Origin: a virus
Lineage: Duplodnaviria > Heunggongvirae > Uroviricota > Caudoviricetes
Virus record (IMG/VR): IMGVR_UViG_3300022555_000015
Length of the DNA stretch: 64,000 bases
Strand: one strand, 5' to 3'
Each line of letters opens with the position of its first letter. Position 1 is the first letter of the stretch. This document shows, piece after piece, positions 51,580 through 60,846 of the stretch. The position numbers were made by a program, and so were the translations under genes. The notes beneath the pieces were generated by a model. The model worked only from the letters and a program-made list of their open reading frames with translations. It ran no database searches and had not been told where the DNA came from.

Positions 51580-52294
51580 AATGAGCTAGAATCTTTTCAA
51601 TGGACTCATCCGACAAGCGGTAGTTTGTCTCACCCCCTCTTGGGCCATACAGGAGCTTCCCATAGGAAGCCAAGTGCCAGAGGTAGAACGTACACTCATG
51701 GATAGTCAGGGCAACCCATCCATCAGTGTAGATCAGGGCATGTGTCTCATCCCCGTACTCATCTTCATGTCCCTTGGGGGGTGTCCCAATGTACTGTGCT
51801 GTCACTGGGAAGATGTAAGTAGGATGGTCCCCGTGCTCACACTCCAACATCAGGCCCTCACCTGTGAGACACTTGATCGGTAGCCCGTTCGGCAGATGTT
51901 CCTTGGCTCCTGTAGCTCTCCAGGCTGCTACCTGACAGTCCCAGTCACAGTAGTTGCAGGCAAAGGACGTAGGTTTCCCACAATGGGCACAGACACCCTT
52001 CCAGTTCTTGACCCTATCCTCATAGGTCTCACCCTCGGTCTTGGGGGTGCCATGCTGAAGGTCACAACTTGTACAGTTGTGACCACAGTGACCCTCATGG
52101 TGTTCAACCACCTTTCCAGGGATAGTGTCACAAGCACAACACGTCTCAGGAGCTTCGGCACCCTTACAGGGGGGACGTTGATGACGGTCTGGGGTACAGA
52201 TCCAGCAACCATCATCATCGGCACCGTCACAGCCGCAGCCGATACGTTCCAATTCACAGACAGAACAGTCAGGGAGTTTACAGTGTTCAGTCAT
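51560..52294 (-). CDS. Cys/His-rich metal-binding protein (244 aa, ~30 Cys)
   Basis: ORF track. Confidence 0.5.
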   Translation of the reverse strand: MTEHCKLPDCSVCELERIGCGCDGADDDGCWICTPDRHQRPPCKGAEAPETCCACDTIPGKVVEHHEGHCGHNCTSCDLQHGTPKTEGETYEDRVKNWKGVCAHCGKPTSFACNYCDWDCQVAAWRATGAKEHLPNGLPIKCLTGEGLMLECEHGDHPTYIFPVTAQYIGTPPKGHEDEYGDETHALIYTDGWVALTIHECTFYLWHLASYGKLLYGPRGGETNYRLSDESIEKILAHCVCKEG

Positions 52295-52299
52295 TGGTT

Positions 52300-52893
52300 T
52301 TAGCCCTCTCTATCCACGTCTAGTCTATCAACTATATCTCTTTCAACCCTTGGTACGGAAGGTCTGGATTTCCCCTCGATCTTACTTCCCCTTAGCACTT
52401 CTTCTTCTGCATCCTTCACTGAAGGATTATCTCCGCTTAGACCCGTAGCTGCACAGAGAATCTTGGAATAGTCGTGCCAACCGGGTCTATCCACCCCAAA
52501 CTCACCTATAGCCTTCATTGCGGCCTCAAGAGCATACTTCAAAGACAAGGTGCCCTCCTTATCCATGACATACACTTGAGTTCCAAAGGTGATACCATGT
52601 AGGACGTAGAGAACTGGACATTTCCCAACTCGGGTCATTGCCAGGGTATGCAAGCCATCCCCGGAGCTACCTGTGAAGCCGAAGTATGCCCTATCAGTCC
52701 CACCAATGTCGATATGAACCTTCAAGTTGCTTTTGGTGACAATGACACTCCCTGTGAAGGGGGGTTCTGAATTAGGACCCATAAGATTGATGCTCTCTGG
52801 ATGCCACTCCAGATGAACTCCGTTGATTTCAATGGTCTTCAACAGGGAACGGGTGAGTACCCCTCGGCTCTCAAAACAATAGATCAAACTCAT
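52300..52893 (-). CDS. hypothetical protein
   Basis: trimmed to MSLIYCF.. (ATG 52891-52893) with GAGG RBS. Confidence 0.5.
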   Translation of the reverse strand: MSLIYCFESRGVLTRSLLKTIEINGVHLEWHPESINLMGPNSEPPFTGSVIVTKSNLKVHIDIGGTDRAYFGFTGSSGDGLHTLAMTRVGKCPVLYVLHGITFGTQVYVMDKEGTLSLKYALEAAMKAIGEFGVDRPGWHDYSKILCAATGLSGDNPSVKDAEEEVLRGSKIEGKSRPSVPRVERDIVDRLDVDREG

Positions 52894-53103
52894 ATTACCT
52901 CGGAGGTTCTTACCCCCAAATAGGCGAATGCCTATGGGATGCACTCACATAGGCATTCTTGTAGGCTTTCTAGGTCACTGGTCACTGGTCAGGTTCGGCG
53001 GTGATGGTCTGGGCAGGCTTGATTATACAATCATCGCCTACAGCGTGCCTAGACGAGCATCCACTATCTTGACCGTAACAGGCCCCGGAGTAACTTCTCG
53101 GGG

Positions 53104-53769
53104 CTAGGGCTTGCCGATGACCTTATTGGGGTCTTCAAAGAAGTCACCCTTGGCTTGACCCTTGGAGGTACGTTTCCTGAGACTCTGCGTACCCTTGGAG
53201 AGCTCCTTGTAGGACTCTCCCACACCAGCAGAGTCAGCGATGTAGTTCATGGAACAGGTGCCATCAACACCCAGGTCTCCACCGACCTTCTTGGCATCAA
53301 TGTTAGCACCCATGAACACAAAGGACCAGTTGTACTTCTCTGTCTGGTGCTTGACCATCTCCCGGATAGCAGAAGTCCCCTTCGGTCCAGGGTACTTCTT
53401 GGAAGAGTTCTCCAGGCCGTCCGTCATTGCCAGCACGATCACCAGTCCAGGACGCTCTTCTTCGGGCTTCGCAGCCAAGGACTCTCCCGTGGACTGGATA
53501 CCTTCGGCCAGAGCATCGTTCATGGCAGTCCAGCCTCCAGCCTCGTAGACTTTGGAGGTCAGATCAGGAACGTCCTTGAGGTCCACGGCATTGTGGACAA
53601 CCTTGGATTCCTCATTGAAGAGGATCAGGGTGAACGTGACACTTCCAGGGAGTGCCTTCTGCTCATTCTTGTACTTGTTGAAGCCTCCGATTGTATCAGA
53701 GGTCAGTTCGGCCATAGACCCGCTACAGTCGAGGATAGCTGTGATGTGCGTGCGATTAGGGTCAGTCAT
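53104..53769 (-). CDS. von Willebrand factor type A (vWA) domain protein
   Basis: MIDAS DxSGS in AILDCSGSM, TAMNDAL, LAMTDGLEN. Confidence 0.7.
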   Translation of the reverse strand: MTDPNRTHITAILDCSGSMAELTSDTIGGFNKYKNEQKALPGSVTFTLILFNEESKVVHNAVDLKDVPDLTSKVYEAGGWTAMNDALAEGIQSTGESLAAKPEEERPGLVIVLAMTDGLENSSKKYPGPKGTSAIREMVKHQTEKYNWSFVFMGANIDAKKVGGDLGVDGTCSMNYIADSAGVGESYKELSKGTQSLRKRTSKGQAKGDFFEDPNKVIGKP

Positions 53770-53850
53770 TGGTGAATCCTTCCTTGTATGTGCCTTACTC
53801 TATCTCTGAGTTTCGGCTGTACAAGAACCTATACCCCTAAATAAGCGAGA

Positions 53851-53875
53851 GCCCGGAAAGTATCCTTTTCCGGGC
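53851..53875 (-). terminator. GC-rich hairpin gcccggaaag-tatc-cttttccgggc; possible intrinsic terminator on minus strand (followed by UCUCGCUUAUUU)
   Basis: read directly; U-tract imperfect. Confidence 0.35.
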
Positions 53876-54001
53876 CCTCTAACGGTTGTAGAAGAACTCA
53901 ACCTTGGTAGGGTTGCTCTTTCCTACTGGCAGGCATCATCAACCACCGACGTTTAATCTACTCGCTCAGTCTACAACCACCATGCCTTACGATTAGGCGA
54001 C

Positions 54002-54047
54002 AGGCTCTCAATACCCGCAACACCGGGTTTGTGGGCATTGAGAGCCT
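54002..54047. repeat. long imperfect palindrome / hairpin (19-bp arms, aggctctcaatacccgcaa ... ttgtgggcattgagagcct)
   Basis: read directly; in 575-bp non-coding region. Confidence 0.6.
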
Positions 54048-54253
54048 AGTCGGAATTGCACCAACATCTGGCAGATAATCTTGGCAAGTAGAGTTCGATG
54101 TGGCTGAAGTCCCTCCTTACTAATGCTGTGTGCAGACAAATTTGAGCTTGAATGCCTGCTCTTATGCCTCTAGCCAGTTGGGCTACTCCCTCTTGGGACC
54201 AAGCACTTTCGTACTTGGTCTGGGCCTACAGAGTCGGGGAAACCCTGTTGGCC

Positions 54254-54290
54254 GGTGAGGGAGGATGGATTCGAACCATCACTTTTCAGA
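54254..54290 (-). other. tRNA-like 3' fragment (canonical T arm GATGG-TTCGAAT-CCATC plus CTCCCTC-A-CC) without matching 5' half
   Basis: no complementary 5' acceptor strand found within 500 nt upstream; possible tRNA remnant, att-like core or tRNA-like structure. Confidence 0.35.
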
Positions 54291-54345
54291 GCTACGCATC
54301 ACACTGAGCTTCACACTGAGTCTGGCACAACCTCTTCCACGGTCC

Positions 54346-54528
54346 CTATCGAACAGGAACCGAAGTTTGGACGTTATCTTCACTGGTTGCCTTAGCATCT
54401 CTGGCATTTGCTTCGGCAATCAGAACAGCCTTGAGGAGCCCATGGACTACCAAGGGTTTGCCCGCTTCATCCAAGGCTCGGATCAACTCCTTAGCCTTGT
54501 CAAAGTACGGCCTACCCTTGGTATCCAC
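54346..54528 (-). CDS. possible small protein (60 aa)
   Basis: ORF track; KELIRALDEAGKPLVVHGLLKAVLIAE protein-like. Confidence 0.35.
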   Translation of the reverse strand: MDTKGRPYFDKAKELIRALDEAGKPLVVHGLLKAVLIAEANARDAKATSEDNVQTSVPVR

Positions 54529-54536
54529 AACTATCT

Positions 54537-55271
54537 CTACTTGTTGAAGAGATAGTTGAGTACCGCACTACCCATCTTGTGCTGCTCGTCTACCACGATG
54601 GTGTTGGCACCTTCTCTTGCGATCTTGACTGCCGAGCGAAGCTTGGCAACACGGTCCTTGAGCGCAGCCTTGCGTTCAGCAGGAAGGGCTCCACTGAACT
54701 TGACCGTGGACCAGTAGCCCACAACCACGTCTTCGTGGAACACTTCCACCTGGGCCGGGTGTTTATCCGTTGCCGGGGACTTCTCGATCACCTTCGGCAG
54801 CTTCTTGGTACGGTGGGTCTCCACAGGCTTCGTGGCCCAGCAGTTCTGTGAAGAGTCCTTCTCCCACTGTTCGCTGGGGTCCAGGACCGGAAGCTTGTCC
54901 ACGAAGGTTGCAAGATCCGTTACCTGCTTCTCCAGGAAGAGAAGGGCACAGACCGGGACATCCTTCAGGAGAGGCACACCCTCCACGGTCACATCGGCCC
55001 TGGCACCCTGGTTGGCCGTCTCCTTCTGGAGGGTGAGGTCAAACAGCTTGCCCAGGAGCCCGCTGATCTCCGGGAAGGTGTCTTCCACCCGAAGCTGAAC
55101 GAGAGTGCTCTCGGGAGGAAGGGCTTCCCCACCGTCCTGCATGGGACGGTAGCGACGGGAGATACCCGACAGGATCGGAGACTTCTCGATCCGATGGTAG
55201 GCTTCCGTGAGGCCCTTGAGAGCGGCAGACTTGGTATCCTTCTCGACCGTGAGTAGCTGATGAAGACGCAT
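54537..55271 (-). CDS. hypothetical protein (244 aa)
   Basis: ORF track. Confidence 0.55.
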   Translation of the reverse strand: MRLHQLLTVEKDTKSAALKGLTEAYHRIEKSPILSGISRRYRPMQDGGEALPPESTLVQLRVEDTFPEISGLLGKLFDLTLQKETANQGARADVTVEGVPLLKDVPVCALLFLEKQVTDLATFVDKLPVLDPSEQWEKDSSQNCWATKPVETHRTKKLPKVIEKSPATDKHPAQVEVFHEDVVVGYWSTVKFSGALPAERKAALKDRVAKLRSAVKIAREGANTIVVDEQHKMGSAVLNYLFNK

Positions 55272-55371
55272 GATGTTCGGCCTTTCCTCTTTGGGGATGC
55301 TCGATGGTTGCCTGACCTGTTACGCTTCCACTTGGGGTCTTGTCGGAAATCTTTTGTGCCGAATGATTTTC

Positions 55372-55755
55372 CTAGGGGGCGGGGATGAGCTTGTTCATCT
55401 CTTCCTGCCAGGGTCGGAGAAGGAACTCACGATCCCCGTCCACCCTGGGAAGCCTCAACCCGATGATGTCCCCACTCGGGGTCTCCCGGAGGGCAATGAT
55501 GTATCGGTTCTTGATTTGATACAGGTCTTGAACGCCGAAGAGGTCCAGGAGCCGACACACTAGATCAGTCCCAGCCAGCGTCCCCCGCTGCTTGTATCTG
55601 TGATCCGGGAGTACTTCACTCCGGGAGAGGATCATGCCCCCGAAGCCCTGACCACTTCCCCCGAAGTCCAGATGAAGGAATAGCGTGAGGATGCCATGAT
55701 CCTCATAGCCGAACATGATGCTTTTAACCTTGCCCAGTTCTTCCAGGAGCTTCAT
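55372..55755 (-). CDS. hypothetical protein (127 aa)
   Basis: ORF track. Confidence 0.5.
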   Translation of the reverse strand: MKLLEELGKVKSIMFGYEDHGILTLFLHLDFGGSGQGFGGMILSRSEVLPDHRYKQRGTLAGTDLVCRLLDLFGVQDLYQIKNRYIIALRETPSGDIIGLRLPRVDGDREFLLRPWQEEMNKLIPAP

Positions 55756-55776
55756 GCCCCCAGTTACACTCTGGGT

Positions 55777-56046
55777 TCAGTCTTCATCTTCGGGATCAAC
55801 ATTGGGTACGTCCATCTCCTTCGTACCGTTGGAACTCACGGGGTAGCCGAAATCCTGCTCGGACTCCCCAGGGAAGAGGCTCCCCACCTTGGGGTCCCGG
55901 TCGTAGCCTTCGCACCCGCCAGTCTCTCCAGGGAACCTGGGGTGGCAGTAGCCACTCGACGTTTCCATGGACACGGAACGGCCCCAAGGTGCCTTGGTTC
56001 GGCCACAGACAGCACACTCTACTCGGATGCCAACTTTCATTATCAT
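55777..56046 (-). CDS. zinc-ribbon protein (89 aa)
   Basis: trimmed to MIMKVGIRVECAVCGR.. (ATG 56044-56046, GGAGAAGC RBS) downstream of motif 56071-56086. Confidence 0.5.
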   Translation of the reverse strand: MIMKVGIRVECAVCGRTKAPWGRSVSMETSSGYCHPRFPGETGGCEGYDRDPKVGSLFPGESEQDFGYPVSSNGTKEMDVPNVDPEDED

Positions 56047-56070
56047 GCTTCTCCTACCGTAGCCGGGGTC

Positions 56071-56086
56071 AATCTTAACCCCGAAA
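56071..56086 (-). promoter_or_regulatory. conserved upstream motif (minus-oriented half of back-to-back pair)
   Basis: AATCTTAACCCCGAAA on plus strand. Confidence 0.45.
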
Positions 56087-56092
56087 GTGGAT

Positions 56093-56107
56093 TTTAGGTT
56101 AAGATTG
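56093..56107 (+). promoter_or_regulatory. conserved upstream motif (plus-oriented half of back-to-back pair)
   Basis: TTTTAGGTTAAGATT 26 nt upstream of ATG 56133. Confidence 0.45.
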
Positions 56108-56132
56108 GGACCGGAGATAGTAAGTAGGGTAC

Positions 56133-56552
56133 ATGGCCTGCATTGAACAAATCCTGTCCATCGAGTACCACGAAAACGGGGTGGGTGGGGAACACTTCTT
56201 TGTCGTCCTCTTCGAACCGACACAACACTCTGTAGGTAGTGAACCTACCAACACCCCTATGGTAGCCATTGTGTTCCCGTCTGAAGGGACCGATCTTTGC
56301 CATACAGCCGTGATGGCTCTCCCCAAGCTAGCCGCTGGGCACATAAGTCATGAGAATAGCTGGATGGGTGACTTCTACGATGCAGAGCTTCGGGAAGCTA
56401 TCCGGTTGTGGGAGGCTGAAAGAGTAGCAGCATCCAAACCTAGGGTTGAAAGAGTAGCAACAGACAATCCATCCTGGAGTGATAAAGCTATCCGAGATAA
56501 CCAGGGTAGGAACTGGCTAACAGGAAACATTGACCCCACACCTAACAAGTGA
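56133..56552 (+). CDS. hypothetical protein (139 aa)
   Basis: first gene of plus-strand block. Confidence 0.5.
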   Translation: MACIEQILSIEYHENGVGGEHFFVVLFEPTQHSVGSEPTNTPMVAIVFPSEGTDLCHTAVMALPKLAAGHISHENSWMGDFYDAELREAIRLWEAERVAASKPRVERVATDNPSWSDKAIRDNQGRNWLTGNIDPTPNK

Positions 56553-56555
56553 GCC

Positions 56556-56738
56556 ATGGAATCAAAAGAAGAAAAGTCCACTCGTATGCACAACCTTCAT
56601 GGGCGTAAACCCATGTCTGTGGAAATGAAGAAGATCCTGACTTCAGGGATTCTTTGTGCCTACAACAACAGCGAGATCACGGGGGAGCAATACTCCCGTG
56701 CCTGGGATTTCCTGGCAAGCATCGAGACGGAAGGGTAA
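56556..56738 (+). CDS. hypothetical protein (60 aa)
   Basis: ORF track. Confidence 0.4.
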   Translation: MESKEEKSTRMHNLHGRKPMSVEMKKILTSGILCAYNNSEITGEQYSRAWDFLASIETEG

Positions 56739-56747
56739 CTAGAGCCA

Positions 56748-57016
56748 TGCCTAACCCCATTCGAAATTTCAACCCTGACTCTTCCCTGTCCACAGTCCTG
56801 GACTGTGTCTACCGTGTCGAGAGGGCTCTGGAAGCCGCAGAGACGGCAGGCATTGACCCTAGCTGCCCTAACCCGGAAGATATAAGGGAAGCAACAGAAC
56901 AGGCCCTCAAGGACTCCGAGGGTGATATTCGGGTGATTGTCCGTGCCTTCCGGGAGCTTGATACTTGGCTGGCCGAAGGGAATCGGGTGCCGAATCGCTG
57001 GTCAGGGAGGACATAA
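56748..57016 (+). CDS. hypothetical protein (89 aa)
   Basis: ORF 56654..57016 trimmed to ATG 56748 (MPNPIRNF..). Confidence 0.45.
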
Positions 57017-57234
57017 TGCCAGCACATAAGAACGATCACATCTGGGTTACTCACGGTCTGAGACTCAAGGGTATGGACCTAGCAGACCTAGCTCTGCCTG
57101 TGATGATGGAAGCGGTCAAGAGGTTGGCTAGCCCTGAGTTTGCCAGCATAGTGTTCAAGGAAGCCCTGTTCCAAGTGTATGAACTCCCGAAACTGACCCC
57201 TGAAGCTAGATCCCGCCTGGAATGGAAGAAGTAA
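57016..57234 (+). CDS. hypothetical protein (72 aa)
   Basis: ATG overlaps preceding TAA (TAATG). Confidence 0.45.
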   Translation: MPAHKNDHIWVTHGLRLKGMDLADLALPVMMEAVKRLASPEFASIVFKEALFQVYELPKLTPEARSRLEWKK

Positions 57235-57674
57235 TGAAGACCCTCTGCCTATGCCTTTTGATGGGGTGTTCCCAGCTATCTCCTGAAGATCGGGAAGCAC
57301 CGGCACCTGTGCATATCCCTGTGCATACCTCACCGGCACCTAGCCCTGTCCCTGTCCCTGCATCACCGGCACCTGTACCTGCCACAACGGATATCACCAA
57401 CGCTCGGTCGGCTGCAATCCATGAGGTCTGGAACATCTCGCAGAGGTCTCCAGCCGCAGAACGGGGACAGATTGTAGTGACGTGCAGGGCAGTTACAGCG
57501 ATGAATGCCATCTGCACGGCTAACTACCTCCAACTCCCCACCCTGAGAATGGAGTGCGAGAACGGCCCCTACCCTTACAACGGTGGGTGCGTGATTCTGG
57601 GGGATGCCAACCCTCCAACGGATGAACTCACGGCATGGGACCGACACTTCATCCCAGGTTTGATCGTTCACTAG
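57234..57674 (+). CDS. lipoprotein with Pro-rich linker, paralog of 58480..58887
   Basis: MKTLCLCLLMGCS lipobox; LRMECENGPYPYNGGCVILGD vs LTLMCHNGPYPYNHGCVIPLY. Confidence 0.5.
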   Translation: MKTLCLCLLMGCSQLSPEDREAPAPVHIPVHTSPAPSPVPVPASPAPVPATTDITNARSAAIHEVWNISQRSPAAERGQIVVTCRAVTAMNAICTANYLQLPTLRMECENGPYPYNGGCVILGDANPPTDELTAWDRHFIPGLIVH

Positions 57675-57682
57675 AGGTAACT

Positions 57683-58483
57683 ATGCTTGTTCACGTCATT
57701 GGTACTGGGGATGCCTTCTCCAAGACTCGCTTCGGGTCATCTCTACTGGTCCAAGCTGAAGGTGGGGCTATTCTCATTGATACACCCCCGGCACTGAGCC
57801 ATGCCCTCCGAAGCTACCATTCCACAATGGGTCTGGATGACATCACAACGGTGTTGATCACACACCTTCACTCCGATCATGTCGGAGGGTTGGAGCAACT
57901 GCTCTTCCACCAGAGACTCGTCAGGGGTCAGAAGATCAGGATTCTCGGGGCACCGGAAGTCCTGGAGAACCTGTGGGGTCACACCCTCAAGGGAGGGATG
58001 GGACAGATTACTAGCCCTCTCACGGGTAAGCCTCTGGCAATGCAGATGGATGACTACGCAACCCTGGTTCCAATCAAGCCTGGGGAGAGATTTCAGGCTA
58101 CTGACAACCTGGAAGTACAGCTTCATCTCACGAAGCATCACATCCCGACAACTGCGGTCAAGATCACCGAGACTGGTGAAAAGACCTTTGCTTACAGTTC
58201 CGACACGGCTTTCAGTCCAGAAATCATCGAATGGATGGATGCCTATGTGATGGTCCATGAAGTCGGAGCCGGGAATGGCTGGGGGGCTATCGAAGCAACC
58301 CATACGTCCCTAACCAAGCTCATGGAGTTGCCAGCTAGTGTCAGGGAGAAGATGTACCTGACGCACTACTGCGATGCTTTCCCGATTGAGGTCTGTCCTA
58401 TCCCATGTCTCAGGGACGGTAACTGCCTGACTATCAACTTGAGGGAATTCCCTGCGGGTCATCCTTCCACAAGGGACACATGA
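57683..58483 (+). CDS. metallo-beta-lactamase-fold hydrolase, RNase Z/ElaC-like
   Basis: HxHxDH in ITHLHSDHVGG; N-terminal VIGTGDAFSKTRFGSSLL resembles RNase Z LGTGxGxPSxxRNVSS motif; trimmed to MLVHVIG at 57683. Confidence 0.6.
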   Translation: MLVHVIGTGDAFSKTRFGSSLLVQAEGGAILIDTPPALSHALRSYHSTMGLDDITTVLITHLHSDHVGGLEQLLFHQRLVRGQKIRILGAPEVLENLWGHTLKGGMGQITSPLTGKPLAMQMDDYATLVPIKPGERFQATDNLEVQLHLTKHHIPTTAVKITETGEKTFAYSSDTAFSPEIIEWMDAYVMVHEVGAGNGWGAIEATHTSLTKLMELPASVREKMYLTHYCDAFPIEVCPIPCLRDGNCLTINLREFPAGHPSTRDT

Positions 58484-58887
58484 AGAAGCTCCTATTGGCA
58501 CTGTGTCTAGTCCCATGTCTTGTCCAAGCTCAACAGAGCCGTGAAGGTGAACGGGCTGCGACTGAAGCAAGGGCACAGGGTTGCGGGAATGCCCATGATG
58601 CTGCTCGGCACACGGTATGGGTGATGGCTCATACCGAAGTTGCCGGGCTGGTCATCGCTTGTCCTTGCACACCGATAGCACCCCCGGACCCGGTTTACCC
58701 CAGTCCTTTCCAGACCCGGTGTGTTGCGATGGAACGGACCCGCCCACCCTTAACCCTCATGTGTCACAACGGGCCCTACCCCTACAACCATGGTTGTGTC
58801 ATCCCTCTGTATGTGACAAACGAGATCATGGCTCGATGGAGAGGTCACAGTAATCCCCCACCCCTTCCACCACTTCCCCCTAGGTGA
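58480..58887 (+). CDS. secreted protein with C-terminal PPLPPLPP, paralog of 57234..57674
   Basis: signal peptide MKKLLLALCLVPCLVQA. Confidence 0.5.
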   Translation: MKKLLLALCLVPCLVQAQQSREGERAATEARAQGCGNAHDAARHTVWVMAHTEVAGLVIACPCTPIAPPDPVYPSPFQTRCVAMERTRPPLTLMCHNGPYPYNHGCVIPLYVTNEIMARWRGHSNPPPLPPLPPR

Positions 58888-59258
58888 AACCAATGCTAGT
58901 AGCTGATGCTGCCCAAAGAATCGCTGAAAGAGACCTGTTCCCTGTCTACCGGAAGGCACTGGGTAGAAGTGCTGACTGGAAAAACCTGGATGATTGGGAG
59001 CAAACTTATCTCATTCAGTGTGTCATGGCTGTTTCCGATGCTGTGGATGCTATCCATGAAACCGAGACCGATTATGACCAGTCTCCAGATTATGAGATTC
59101 GGCTCCTGAAGGCTCTTCACAGGAACTCTATCCTACAAGCTGCAACCGTGGGAGACCCGGAGGAAGCCAAGAGGCACCTTCGGGTAGCTCGGGAAGCTCA
59201 CAATGGGCTCCTTGCCCTCAAGGGTGAAACTTCTACACCCAATAGCCTTTGGCTCTAA
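58884..59258 (+). CDS. hypothetical protein (124 aa)
   Basis: ORF track. Confidence 0.45.
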   Translation: MKPMLVADAAQRIAERDLFPVYRKALGRSADWKNLDDWEQTYLIQCVMAVSDAVDAIHETETDYDQSPDYEIRLLKALHRNSILQAATVGDPEEAKRHLRVAREAHNGLLALKGETSTPNSLWL

Positions 59259-59264
59259 CCCTCA

Positions 59265-59669
59265 ATGGATGAGCACATGACTGAACCACTCATTGATTCC
59301 AGCAAGGTCCACGAAGCATTCATGGACTGTCTCTTCCGGGATGAGGAAGACCACAAGCTCTACACGGAAGCCCACGGGCTTACCTGCAATGTAGGCTTCC
59401 ATCCTGAACGTCTGGAAAGTCACAGGGCGGAAGTGGTTGGCTACCTGTCCAACCTACCCAACAGTTTCAAGAAAACTGGGGGAGGGGGGATGTCCTTCCT
59501 CAATGCCTGCAATGACAAGAATGGTACTCAGTGGACGGACTTCCACAAGATCATGGAGGAACTCTTCCTCCTGGGATCTGGGCTCAAGATTGTGAGCTTC
59601 CCAATACCCCGTGAGTTGTGGGATGTACTCCCAGGTGGAATGCCCTACGTTACGGTGGACGTTCCATGA
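59265..59669 (+). CDS. hypothetical protein (134 aa)
   Basis: ORF track. Confidence 0.45.
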   Translation: MDEHMTEPLIDSSKVHEAFMDCLFRDEEDHKLYTEAHGLTCNVGFHPERLESHRAEVVGYLSNLPNSFKKTGGGGMSFLNACNDKNGTQWTDFHKIMEELFLLGSGLKIVSFPIPRELWDVLPGGMPYVTVDVP

Positions 59670-59679
59670 GGTAGCCTCT

Positions 59680-59949
59680 ATGGTGCCCCCGAAGCTTGAC
59701 CCAACACTGTTCACTTGGCAGATATGGAGAGCGGGGTCACCCCATACTCTCGGGCTTGCTTGCCGAGAGTGTGATCTAATCTCAGCCCGTGGCAAGACCC
59801 TCCTACGGGAACATATCGTTGGCTGGTGTTTGGCTAACGAGCTACAGTGCCGTCCCAAGGGGGATCATGTAGCTGTGATGTGCTACCTGGACGGGGAACA
59901 CTTCTGGTTCCATCTCACTACTCGTGAGTTCCAGGCACTCTGGGGCTGA
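59680..59949 (+). CDS. hypothetical protein (89 aa)
   Basis: trimmed to ATG 59680 with GAGGTAG RBS. Confidence 0.4.
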   Translation: MVPPKLDPTLFTWQIWRAGSPHTLGLACRECDLISARGKTLLREHIVGWCLANELQCRPKGDHVAVMCYLDGEHFWFHLTTREFQALWG

Positions 59950-60469
59950 ACCAATCGGTATCTTCAGTTACGAAGATTGCCAGGGCAATTGCCTTGTCGA
60001 GCGGGATACCCTTGGCTAGGCACCAAGCCAAGCTGAATGAAAGAGGCTCCATCTCCTCAATGTCTTCTTCTTGCTTGAGACTCTTGATGACAGTCCTCAT
60101 AGCCTTCAGAGTATTGTAAGACACTAATCCGAATTGTTTCTTGATACCCTCTAGTTCATCCTTGCCAAGACTAGCTAGAGCTTTCTTGGACACAGCCAAG
60201 CGTTGCTTGTCCGTATACCAAATGAACATGTTGGGGCCGGGGCATACAAAACGATTGGCACCCATGTCAATGTTCAAATCGGCTGAAGACTTGCCCTCCA
60301 GGACTACCTGGGTAGCTTTGCCCTCTGGGGTGAGCAAAGCCGTCAGGGTCATCTTCTCAGCCAGTGCTCGACGGAAGACACCGAGGATCTTGAAAGGGAT
60401 CGTGGCATCCACCAAGTCACTGATCTTCTTGACCAGAATCGTCTTGGAGAACTCGGCAGGGTCACTCAC
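59918..60469 (-). CDS. hypothetical protein (183 aa)
   Basis: ORF track. Confidence 0.5.
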   Translation of the reverse strand: MSDPAEFSKTILVKKISDLVDATIPFKILGVFRRALAEKMTLTALLTPEGKATQVVLEGKSSADLNIDMGANRFVCPGPNMFIWYTDKQRLAVSKKALASLGKDELEGIKKQFGLVSYNTLKAMRTVIKSLKQEEDIEEMEPLSFSLAWCLAKGIPLDKAIALAIFVTEDTDWFSPRVPGTHE

Positions 60470-60846
60470 TTCACACCCCAGTTAGCTACGAACTCAACCC
60501 ACTCAACATCAGCCATATCTTTAACAGCTTCCATGGTATCATAAACGAAGTCTGCCTGGACAAGCTCCCATTCAATCCTCAGAAGGTTACAGGGCACGGT
60601 AAGCTTTCGGAAACTCTCGTACCATTTATGAACATGAATGGAGAAATTCTCATGGTCTACGATCCTATCCTGTTCCACAGCCTTTCGGCAGAAATCCACG
60701 CCCTTCAGATATCCCCAGTGCATACCCTCAGACATGGACTCCATGCTAGGGTCCCGCTTGTAGCCGTGTTCCATCAGGTCACAGAGAGTGAGCAATCGGC
60801 TCTGATAGGTGTTCATGGCTTGTTTCCATAGGTGATGATGGACCAT
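60466..60846 (-). CDS. hypothetical protein (126 aa)
   Basis: ATGA overlap. Confidence 0.5.
   Translation of the reverse strand: MVHHHLWKQAMNTYQSRLLTLCDLMEHGYKRDPSMESMSEGMHWGYLKGVDFCRKAVEQDRIVDHENFSIHVHKWYESFRKLTVPCNLLRIEWELVQADFVYDTMEAVKDMADVEWVEFVANWGVK

Noticed and set aside
53081-53103. Hairpin gccccggag-taacttc-tcggggc immediately after the vWA stop as a terminator
   Set aside because: It has no downstream U tract on the minus strand. It may still be a weak or factor-dependent terminator, so it is not annotated.
54254-54290. Complete tRNA gene or attP with integrase
   Set aside because: Only the T arm and 3' acceptor strand are present. No 5' acceptor complement lies within 500 nt and there is no integrase or recombinase in the window. 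It is kept only as a tRNA-like fragment.
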